Shown in pieces: positions 16,523 to 24,900 of a DNA stretch of 29,202 nucleotides. The DNA is taken from positions 1 to 29,202 of the forward strand of contig JAWSUI010000045.1 in NCBI GenBank assembly GCA_033551855.1. The letters are read 5' to 3'. This DNA is from Deferrisomatales bacterium (GTDB taxonomy: Bacteria; Desulfobacterota; Deferrisomatia; Deferrisomatales; JACRMM01). The notes below the pieces were generated by a model. That model was not told where the DNA came from and did not search any database. It worked only from the letters and a program-made list of their open reading frames with translations. The position numbers and the translations under genes are program-made. How positions within the stretch are numbered: position 1 is the stretch's first letter; every line of letters starts with the position of its first letter.

Positions 16523-18922
16523 ATGACGGGAAGTCCCGCGAGGGTGCTGGTGGTCGTCGGGGAGGGGCCCTCGGGGGAGCGCCTGCGGTCCTTGTGTGTG
16601 CCCATTCCGGGACTGGAGGTGATGTCCGCCGCGTCCCTGGGGGAAGCCCGGCATTCCGCGGCCCGGGAGCCGCCCGACCTGATCCTGGCCCAGGACCTCC
16701 TTCCGGACGGCACGGCGGCCGACCTGCTCGCCAACGGTGCCGCAATCCCCCCCCTCCCCGTCGTCCTCGTGTCCGAAGACCTCGAGAGCCAGGCGGTCCG
16801 CCGGGGCCTGGAGGCCGGCGCCGTCGACTGCGTACTCCCAGAGGAGCTTTCTCCCTCGGGTCTGCCCCGCCTTGCCGCGCGGGCCAAGGGGACGTGGGAG
16901 CACATCGCCGCCCGGCGCCGGGCAGAGGCGGAGGCCGGAGAGCTCCGGGGTCGGCTCGACCTGATCACCGGTAAGCTGGGCGTGGGGTTTGCGCTCATAT
17001 CGCCGGAATACCGAACGCTGTGGGCCAACGAGGAGACGCGCCGCCTGTTCGGGGAGGTGGTGGGCAGGCCTTGCTTCGAGGCGTACAGCCGCCGCTCCGA
17101 GGTGTGTCCCGGGTGCGGGGTTCGGGCCGTCTTCGAGGAAGGGGCGGAGCGGGCCGCGCACGAGCAGCCAGGCTACGATCCGGCCGGCCGGCCCTTGTGG
17201 TGCGAGATCCTGGCGGCCCCGGTACGAAATGCGGACGGAACCGTGGCCGCCGCCCTGAAGATGTTCGTTCCCGTCACGGAGCGGAAGCGTGCCGAGGAGG
17301 GCCTTCGGCGGGGTCTCGCGTACGAGCGGATGGTGGCCGAGCTCGCGGCCGCGGCCGTTCGCGCCGACGCGCCGCAACGCTTCCAGGATGAGTGCGTCCG
17401 CATCCTGTCCGAAACCCTCGACGTCAGCCGGATCTACATCTTCGAGCACCGGGACGACACCGACACCATGGACGACACCGTCGAGTGGGTCGCGCCCGGC
17501 GTGACCCCCCAGAGGGATTTCCTCCAGGGCATCCCGGCCGCGTCGGTGCCCTGGTGGATGGATCGGGTGCGGGCCGACGAGGTCATCTCCTTCGACGTGG
17601 GCGAAATTCCCGGTGAGAGGGAGAGGGAGCTCCTCGAGGCACAGGGGATCTGCTCCGTCCTCGTGATTCCCCTGTTCGTGGGGACGCGCTACTTCGGGTT
17701 TCTGGGCCTCGACGAGTGTCGGGAGCCCCGCCGGTGGCTTCCCGAGGACGTGGAGGTGCTTCGCACCGCGGGGCGCATCCTCTCGGTGACCCTGGAGCGG
17801 CGCTCGGCCGAGCAGGCGCTTCGGGACAGCGAGGCCCGGTACCGCAAGCTGTACCAGGAGTTCCAGGCGGTTCTCGACACCATCCCGGACAACCTCACGC
17901 TCCAGTCCCCCGACCTCGAGATCCTGTGGGCCAACCGGGGTGCGGCTGCCAGCGTCGAAAGGCAGCCGGAGGAGGTCATCGGGCTGCGGTGCCACGACGT
18001 GTGGCACCGCAGCCGGCGGGCCTGCGACCCCTGCCCGGTGCGGCAGTGCTTCGAGACCGGGAAGCCCGCGGAGCTCTGCGCCGAGGATGCGCGGGGGCGC
18101 ACCTGGGAGCTGCGGGCCGTGCCCGTGGGGGACGATACCGGGGCGGTGACCGGCGTCATCGAGTTGGGCCGCGACATCACCGAGCGGCGCCGAAGCGAGG
18201 CGGAGCGGGAGACCCTGATCCGCGAGCTCCGGGCCCGGAACGAGGCGCTGCACCATTTCACCTCCACGGTCTCCCACGACCTCAAGGGGCCGCTCACCAC
18301 CATCCGGGGTTTCGCCGGGCTGATCGAGCGAGAGGTCCGGGAGGGCCGGGCCGAGCGCGCAGGGGGCTATGCGGGCCACATCGGCGCGGCGGCGGAGCGG
18401 ATGAAGCTCCTCTTGGACGACCTCCTCTCCCTGTGTCGGATCGGTCGTTTCGCCCAGCCCCCCCAAGCGGTCCCCCTGGGGGAGGTGGCCCGGGAGGCCG
18501 CCGCGTCCTTCGCCGTGCAATCCGCGGAACGGGCCGTGGAGGTAGAGATCGATGCGGAGCTCCCGGTCGTCCAGGGCGATCCCGTGCGGCTTCGGGAGGT
18601 CTTCGAGAACCTGCTCGGCAACGCGCTGAAGTTCCTGGGCGAGCAGCCCCGCCCGCAGATCCGTGTGGGCTGGCGGCCCGAGGCCGGGGGGCCGGTCTTC
18701 TACGTTCGGGACAACGGCATCGGGATCGAGCCCGCGGACCGCGAGCGGGTCTTCGAGCTCTTCGAGAGGGTGCACAGCGGGAGCCCCGGCACCGGCCTGG
18801 GGCTCTCGATCGTCAAGCGCGTCGTGGAGGCCCACGGGGGCCGCATCTGGGTGGAGTCGGAGGGGTCGAGCCGGGGCTCCACGTTCTGTTTCACCCTGGG
18901 GGGCCGGGATCGGGCGGGCTGA
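16523..18922 (+). CDS. Cytoplasmic sensor histidine kinase: degenerate REC-PAS-GAF-PAS-HisKA-HATPase
   Basis: H-box VSHDLKGPL, N-box FENLLGNALKF, VRDNGIGI and GTGLGLSIV. GAF region with SRIYIFE...FGFLGLDEC...W. No TM segments. SD GGGGAGG precedes ATG 16523. Confidence 0.9.
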   Translation: MTGSPARVLVVVGEGPSGERLRSLCVPIPGLEVMSAASLGEARHSAAREPPDLILAQDLLPDGTAADLLANGAAIPPLPVVLVSEDLESQAVRRGLEAGAVDCVLPEELSPSGLPRLAARAKGTWEHIAARRRAEAEAGELRGRLDLITGKLGVGFALISPEYRTLWANEETRRLFGEVVGRPCFEAYSRRSEVCPGCGVRAVFEEGAERAAHEQPGYDPAGRPLWCEILAAPVRNADGTVAAALKMFVPVTERKRAEEGLRRGLAYERMVAELAAAAVRADAPQRFQDECVRILSETLDVSRIYIFEHRDDTDTMDDTVEWVAPGVTPQRDFLQGIPAASVPWWMDRVRADEVISFDVGEIPGERERELLEAQGICSVLVIPLFVGTRYFGFLGLDECREPRRWLPEDVEVLRTAGRILSVTLERRSAEQALRDSEARYRKLYQEFQAVLDTIPDNLTLQSPDLEILWANRGAAASVERQPEEVIGLRCHDVWHRSRRACDPCPVRQCFETGKPAELCAEDARGRTWELRAVPVGDDTGAVTGVIELGRDITERRRSEAERETLIRELRARNEALHHFTSTVSHDLKGPLTTIRGFAGLIEREVREGRAERAGGYAGHIGAAAERMKLLLDDLLSLCRIGRFAQPPQAVPLGEVAREAAASFAVQSAERAVEVEIDAELPVVQGDPVRLREVFENLLGNALKFLGEQPRPQIRVGWRPEAGGPVFYVRDNGIGIEPADRERVFELFERVHSGSPGTGLGLSIVKRVVEAHGGRIWVESEGSSRGSTFCFTLGGRDRAG

Positions 18923-18942
18923 CGGATCCCGCCGCCCCCGCC

Positions 18943-19152
18943 CCCAGAGTCCACCGCCACCTTGTGGGGCGGAGTCCGGGAGCCCCGGAGTGCAGCCCCG
19001 CACCGCATCCACCGAGTCGACGAGGCCGGCGCAAGCGGGTGAAGCCCGGCGCACCGGGGACTGCCGGGACACCGCGTCGAATTGCCGCGGATTGGGGGGC
19101 GAAGCGAAGGGGCTCCCGGACTCCGCGTGCCAACCAGCCGGTGGATTCTGGG
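18943..19152 (+). repeat. Dispersed ~210-nt hairpin repeat, copy C (full length, divergent subtype)
   Basis: 14-bp outer stem cccagagtccaccg/cggtggattctggg and a perfect 18-bp inner stem, 18969-18986 with 19109-19126. Shares the gcagccccgYaccgc, cgggtgaagc and gcggattg motifs with copies A and B. Confidence 0.88.
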
Positions 19153-19164
19153 CCCCGGCACGTC

Positions 19165-19194
19165 TTGACCGGGTCGGCTCGCCACTGCTACCGT
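19165..19194 (+). promoter_or_regulatory. Putative sigma70 promoter for exeAB
   Basis: TTGACC-N18-TACCGT with an extended TG. Confidence 0.35.
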
Positions 19195-19255
19195 CCCTGG
19201 TGAGTTCCTGTCCTCTGCGTGCGACCCGAGGGTGTCGCCGAGATCCCACGAGCCC

Positions 19256-21013
19256 ATGTACAGCGCCTACTTCGGGCTAACGGAAGAGCCCTTCGCCCTC
19301 ACCCCCGACCCCCGCTTTCTCTACCTGAGCCCCCTGCACCGGGAGGCCCTGGCCCACCTCTTGTACGGCATGGGGGAGGCCGGGGGCTTCGTACAGCTCA
19401 CGGGCGAGGTGGGGACCGGAAAGACCACCCTGTGCCGGAGCCTCCTGGAGCAGGCTCCCGAGGAGGTCGACGTCGGGCTGATCTTCAATCCCCGCCAGAC
19501 CCCCGCCGAGCTCGTCGCCTCGGTCTGCGACGAGTTTCATGTGCTTTATCCCCCGGGAACGACCAGTCTGAAGGTGCTCACCGATGGCCTCAATCGGCGC
19601 CTTCTCGAGGGGCACTCCGCGGGCCGGCGGGCCGTGCTGGTCGTTGACGAGGCCCAGAACCTGAGCGTCGATTCCCTGGAGCAGATCCGGCTCCTCACCA
19701 ACCTCGAGACTACCACCAGCAAGCTCCTCCAGATCCTCCTCATCGGCCAGCCCGAGCTCCGGGCCCTGATGGGCCGGCCCGAGCTGCGCCAGCTGGCCCA
19801 GCGGGTCACCGCCCGCTACCACCTGGCACCCCTGACCCCCGAGGAGACGGCCGAGTACGTGCGGCACCGGCTGGGGGTGGCCGGGGCGTCGGAGCCCCTG
19901 TTCTCCCCGGGTGCGCTCTCGCTCGTCCATCGGCTCTCCGGGGGAGTGCCCCGGCTGGTGAACGTGCTGTGCGACCGGGCCTTGCTCGGGGCCTACGCCC
20001 AGGGGCTCCGAACGGTGGGGCCCGCTCTCGTGCGCCGGGCCGCCCGCGAGGTGCGCGGGGAGCCCGCCCTGCACCGCCGCCGGGTGTGGGCGTGGGGGGG
20101 AGCGGTCTCGGTGCTCGCGGCCGCCGCCCTGACAGCGGGGTGGCTCGTGCTCGGCGCTCCCGGAGCCCGGTGGGACCTCCGGGGCGAGGAGGTGTCCGGA
20201 AGGCCCGGCGAGCTCGTCCCCGGCGCTCCGGCGTCGCCTTCGCCGGTGCAGCCCGCCCTACCCCTGGAGTCCCCCCCGTCCCCGGCGGTCGCGTCGCTGT
20301 TCTCGGAAGTCCCCCGGGGGGAGAACGGGGCGGCTTTCCCCGGGCACTCCCCGGCCGACGCCCCTTCGCCCCCGTTCCCCGAGCGCCTGGCCGGGGGCGG
20401 GCTCGGGAGCGGGAGCGATGCGGCCTTTGCGACGCTGTTTCGCTACTGGGGTGTCCCCTACGGGGATGAGGGGCACGGTTCCGCCTGCGACCGGGCCGAA
20501 CGCGCGGGTCTGCGCTGCTACTACGGCCGCGGCAACTGGACGACGCTCGCGTTCTACGGCCTGCCCGCGGTGCTGGAGCTGCGCGACCGCGCGGGGGCGC
20601 GCCACCACGGGGTGGTGTCCGCCCTCGACGAGACCCGCGTGACCCTGGAATTCGGCGAGGCGTCCGTCACCTTGCCCCGGGGAGAGCTCGAGCCCTTGTG
20701 GTTTGGCGACTTCCTGTTCCTGTGGGAGGGGCCCCCGGAGGGCTCCTCGATCCTGCGGCTCGGGAGCGAGGGACCCGACGTCCTGTGGCTGCGGGATCGC
20801 CTGGACCGGGCCCAGGGCCAGCCGCCCGGCTCCGCGCGGAACGGGGCCCTCTTCGGGCTCTCGATGCGGCAGAGGGTCCAGGAGTTCCAGCTCGCCCGGG
20901 GGTTGGTGCCCGACGGCCTGGCCGGCGAGCAGACCTTCATCCAGCTCAACGCGGCGGCCCCGCCCCCGTCGGTGCCCCGGCTCGGGCGCGTCCACGGGGC
21001 CGGGGGGCCCTGA
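19256..21013 (+). CDS. exeA: ExeA/GspA-family AAA ATPase with TM segment, C39-like domain and peptidoglycan-binding domain
   Basis: MYSAYFGLTEEPFALTPDPRFLY, GEVGTGKTT, VVDEAQNL and LIGQPEL, then a TM segment. C-terminal LRLGSEGPDVLWL...VQEFQLARGLVPDGLAGEQT. Confidence 0.92.
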   Translation: MYSAYFGLTEEPFALTPDPRFLYLSPLHREALAHLLYGMGEAGGFVQLTGEVGTGKTTLCRSLLEQAPEEVDVGLIFNPRQTPAELVASVCDEFHVLYPPGTTSLKVLTDGLNRRLLEGHSAGRRAVLVVDEAQNLSVDSLEQIRLLTNLETTTSKLLQILLIGQPELRALMGRPELRQLAQRVTARYHLAPLTPEETAEYVRHRLGVAGASEPLFSPGALSLVHRLSGGVPRLVNVLCDRALLGAYAQGLRTVGPALVRRAAREVRGEPALHRRRVWAWGGAVSVLAAAALTAGWLVLGAPGARWDLRGEEVSGRPGELVPGAPASPSPVQPALPLESPPSPAVASLFSEVPRGENGAAFPGHSPADAPSPPFPERLAGGGLGSGSDAAFATLFRYWGVPYGDEGHGSACDRAERAGLRCYYGRGNWTTLAFYGLPAVLELRDRAGARHHGVVSALDETRVTLEFGEASVTLPRGELEPLWFGDFLFLWEGPPEGSSILRLGSEGPDVLWLRDRLDRAQGQPPGSARNGALFGLSMRQRVQEFQLARGLVPDGLAGEQTFIQLNAAAPPPSVPRLGRVHGAGGP

Positions 21014-21020
21014 GGCGGCC

Positions 21021-21866
21021 ATGTCGTTCATACTGGAGGCCCTCCGCAAGGCCCAGAAGGAGAAGGAGAGGGGCCGGTCCCCCGACCTTCGGGCGGCAGT
21101 GGGGGCTGCAGTCGACGGCCCCGGTCGCCGCCGGACCCGCTGGCTCTGGGCGGCGGCCGCCCTGGTCCTGGCCCTGAACGGGCTGGCCCTCGGGTGGGTC
21201 CTCCGATCGCGGCCCGGGGTGCCGGTCCCCCCCTCGGTCGCCCTCCGCGCCCCCGAGGCGGTCGCGCCCGCCCCGGCCCCAGAGATCGTGGAGGGACCGG
21301 CAATTCCCCCGCCGCCGGAGGCGCGGGCCGAGGTCGCCGCCCCCCCGGCTTCCCCGGCCCGCTCCCTCGCCGCGGAGGCGCGCCGCCGGGCGCCGGTGCG
21401 GGTTCCTCCAACCCCGGCGCCGGGGCTGGAACCGTCCGAGGGCGGCCCGCCACCCCTGGCGTCCCGCCCCCTTCCCGACGCGGCCCCTTTCCCTTCACCG
21501 CCGGCAGAGGAGCCCCTGCCTGTCGCAACCGAGACCCCTTTCCCATCCGGCCCCGCGGAGGAGCTCGCGCCTTCCGACCCTGCGCCGGTGCGCGGCGCAG
21601 GTGAGGTGCCCTCCGCGGTCGCGGGTCCCGTCCCCCTCCTGGCGGAGCTCTCCCCCGAGGTGCGCCAAGGCCTGCCGCAGCTCGACATCAACGGGCACGT
21701 CTATGGGGAGGACCCCGCCGAACGTTTCGTGTTCATCAACTGGAGGGTCTATCGGGAGGGGGAGCGCATCGGTTCCTCCGACGGGCCGGTGCTGGAGCGC
21801 ATCACCCCGGAGGGGGTCCTGGTGGACTTCGGGGGTCTTCGGGCCCGCCTGACCGTCCTGCCGTAG
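21021..21866 (+). CDS. exeB: ExeB/GspB-family protein
   Basis: MSFILEALRKAQKE N-terminus, one TM, a Pro-rich linker and C-terminal LDINGHVYGEDPAERFVFIN...EGE...LERITPEGV. Confidence 0.88.
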   Translation: MSFILEALRKAQKEKERGRSPDLRAAVGAAVDGPGRRRTRWLWAAAALVLALNGLALGWVLRSRPGVPVPPSVALRAPEAVAPAPAPEIVEGPAIPPPPEARAEVAAPPASPARSLAAEARRRAPVRVPPTPAPGLEPSEGGPPPLASRPLPDAAPFPSPPAEEPLPVATETPFPSGPAEELAPSDPAPVRGAGEVPSAVAGPVPLLAELSPEVRQGLPQLDINGHVYGEDPAERFVFINWRVYREGERIGSSDGPVLERITPEGVLVDFGGLRARLTVLP

Positions 21867-21884
21867 CACCCAGGCCGCCCCCTT

Positions 21885-21927
21885 CCCGAATCCATCACCA
21901 CATCGTGGGCCTGGGTCCGGGAGGCCC
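21885..21927 (+). repeat. Dispersed hairpin repeat, copy E (decayed left arm)
   Basis: cccgaatccatcaccacatcgtgggcctgggtccgggaggccc aligns to the left arm of copy C, cccagagtccaccgccaccttgtggggcggagtccgggagcccc. Confidence 0.6.
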
Positions 21928-21942
21928 TGCGTTTCCCCGGGG

Positions 21943-24900
21943 TCAGCGGTGCGAGGCGCCGACCCGGCCGGCTTCCTCGTCGTCGGCATCCCGGGCCGGC
22001 GCCTCGGGGCACCGCAGGGGCACGACAGCAGCCGGGCTGCCGGGTGCGTGCCGGTCCCGCCGCTGGCGGAAATCCTCGTGGATCTCGTAGGCGAACTGGT
22101 CCAGGACCTCCGGGTCCACCGGGTCCCCGTTCAGTGACAGGGTCAGAGACCGCAGCCCCTCGGTCTCGGCCACGTGGAAGAACTGGGACTCCGCGATCTT
22201 GTTGGGCATGCACTCCAGCGGACCCACGCTGACCACCCCGTCGATGTGCCCGCGCCGCCACTCGTACACCGGCCCGCCCAGGGTGAGCACCGACTCGACC
22301 TCCAGCTTCTCCCGGAGCCAGGGGGCGGCGGCCTCCAGGCAGTGGCGCACCGTCATCCGCGAGGGCCAGCCCAGGGCGCCGGCCATCGCGTCCCAGGCGA
22401 GCCGCTGGATCCGGCGCTGCACCAAGCTCGTCGCCTTGTCCCCCAGCCCCTTGTGGCGGCCCTCCTTGGCGTTGATGTAGTTGCAGTACTCGACCCACTC
22501 GTAGAAGGGTGCGAACCGCGACCGGATCCCGCGCGCCTCCAGCCGGTCGATGACGAAGTCGTTCGCGAAGGGGGCGCAGCGCACGTAGATCTCCCCGACC
22601 ACGAGCACCGAGGGGATCTCCCGCTCACCCTTGACCGCCGCGAGCTCCCGCGCCGCCCCGGACAGCACTTCCGTGCACCCGTACAGGCGGCCGCTGGAGA
22701 CCTCGAGGAGCGCCTCGGGCAGCGGCAGCCCGGACCGGCCCGCCCTCTCCAGCACCGCGAGGAGCTCCGCCTTCCTCCGGGCGAAGATCTCCGCCGCGGC
22801 CCCCGGCCGCGTCTCCACGGGCCTCGTGTCGTAGAGCCCTTCCAGGAGCAGGTCGACGGCCATGAACGCCGCGAAGGCCAGCGTCGCGAAACCCGGGGGC
22901 ACCCCCTCGAAGTACCCCTCCGCCGAGGGAGTCCAGACCCGCACGCGGTCCTTCCATCCCAGGCGCTCGAGCGTGATCTTGTGCAGGGTGTTGTATACCC
23001 CGAACCGGCACGGCCCGGCGGCGTTGGGCATGAAGAGGGAGAAGCGGGTATCCGTTTCGCGTTCGCCCTCGAGGCGGTTGAGGAGGCTGCCGAGGGTCAG
23101 GGTCATCGGCACGCACTCCTTGCCCGAGGTGTGGCGCCGGCCCATCCGCAGGGCGTGGCGGTCTACCGGGGGCAGGGCCTCGGCCGGCACGCCGATCCCC
23201 CGCAGGCAGGCTGCCAGGGACTCCGAGCCCGGCCCCATGTGGGGGATCAGCACGTGCTCGCCCCCCGCCACCACGTCGGCCATGCGCTGGCGGTCCCGCT
23301 CCACCGCGTCGAGCCTCCCGCCGGCGCCCCCGGTCCCCCCTGCCGCCAGGTCCTCGGCCACGCAGTGCAGGAACGCCTCGACGCGGGTGCGGGTGCCCGC
23401 GTCCCCCGAGTGGCCGTCCGTCTCGATGACGGCGTAGGGCTTGCCCTCCATCAGGTATGCGAAGAAGTGCAGGGTGAAGCTGTCGGGGCCGCAGGAGTAG
23501 TTACTGCAGTAGAGGCCGTACGTGCCGGCGGTGCGGCGGATCTGCTCTGCCGCCCTCAGGTTGCGCTGGCCGTGGCCCCAGTACATGTCGCGGAACACGG
23601 GCACGTCCTCGCGCACGGGGTAGCAGTCCACCGGGATGGCGACGGCCCCCTGCTCCCGGAGGATCGCGGGCACGTTCGAGTTGAGCACCGCGTTGTGGAT
23701 GGTGTAGGGCCTGCCCAGCACGACGATGGGGGTGAGGCCTCGGTCGGCGCAGAACGCCAGGGCGCGGCGCCCGAGGGCGAGGCACTTCTCCTCGAAGCGG
23801 CGGTGGGCAACGGAGGCCGCGCGGTGGGCCCGCCGCCAGGCGCTTCCGTACACCCCGAGCTCGGCGGCCAGCCGCCGACAGCTCTCCAGGAGCTCGGGGG
23901 AGTCCAGGTTGCCGGGACCCATCTCGACCACGGGGGTCAGGAGCGCCGGGGCGGCGCGATTGCCCAGGTCCCAGCGCAGCACGTCGGGGGCGGCCTGCAC
24001 GATGGGGCAGGTCACGGAGCTCGGCTCGTCTGCCACCCGCGGCAGGTCGCGCAGCATGGGCAGGAAGAGGTAGTCGGCCCCTCCGCCGGCCATCGCGCTG
24101 CACAGCCCGTGAAACTGCTGCATCGGGGCACAGAAGGGGATCTGCGCGTCCTCGATGCCGCGCTTGAGCATCGCCGGGTCGGCGCCGGTGTACACGCGCA
24201 CGCCGAAGCCCAGGGCGTGCACGAAGGTGGCGAAGAAGGGCACCAGCCCCTTGAGCTGCAGCTCGTCGGTCATCGCCACCACCGGCCGGTCCGGCGGGGG
24301 GGACAAACCCTCGACCATGCGCTCCACCAGCTCGCGGCGCTCCCGGAAGGGGTCGGGCGCCCGGTCCGGAAGCTTCCTGCGGCGCGTGCCCTTGTCGTGG
24401 AGGGAGCACCCGCCGCCCCAGGTGAAGCGGGCCCGGCGCTCTTCCACCACGGTCTCGAGGCGGTCGATGCGGCACTTGTTGCCGGCGCCGCCGCACCCCT
24501 GGTCGGAAGAGCACACGAAGGTGCTCTTGCCCTCCACCCGAGCCGAGAGGAACCGCTCGGGCTCGAGGCCCTCCGGGCGGAGCTCCGCGTGGCGCAAGGT
24601 CAGGAGCGCGATGCCCAGGGCGCCGATCGTCCCGGGGTGGGGGGGCACGATCACCTCGCACCCGGTCTGCCGGGCCACGGCCGCCGCGAGGGCATCGGCG
24701 GCGAAGGGCATCCCCTGGCAGAACACCACCCCCCCCACCGAGCGGGTTCCCTTGACCCGGTTGAGGTAGTTCTGGACGATCGAGTCGTAGATGCCGGCGA
24801 CGATGGCCGGCTGGTCCACCCCCGCCGCCACGGCCTCGTCGATGATCTCGGCCATGAAGACCGAGCAGTGCTGCCCCAGGGACACCCCGGACCCGGCCTC

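Noticed and set aside
7339..19152. CRISPR array or integron cassette array interpretation of the dispersed repeats
   Set aside because: The copies are ~210 nt, kilobases apart and separated by housekeeping operons in both orientations. They lack RYYYAAC/GTTRRRY ends, and no cas or intI gene is present.
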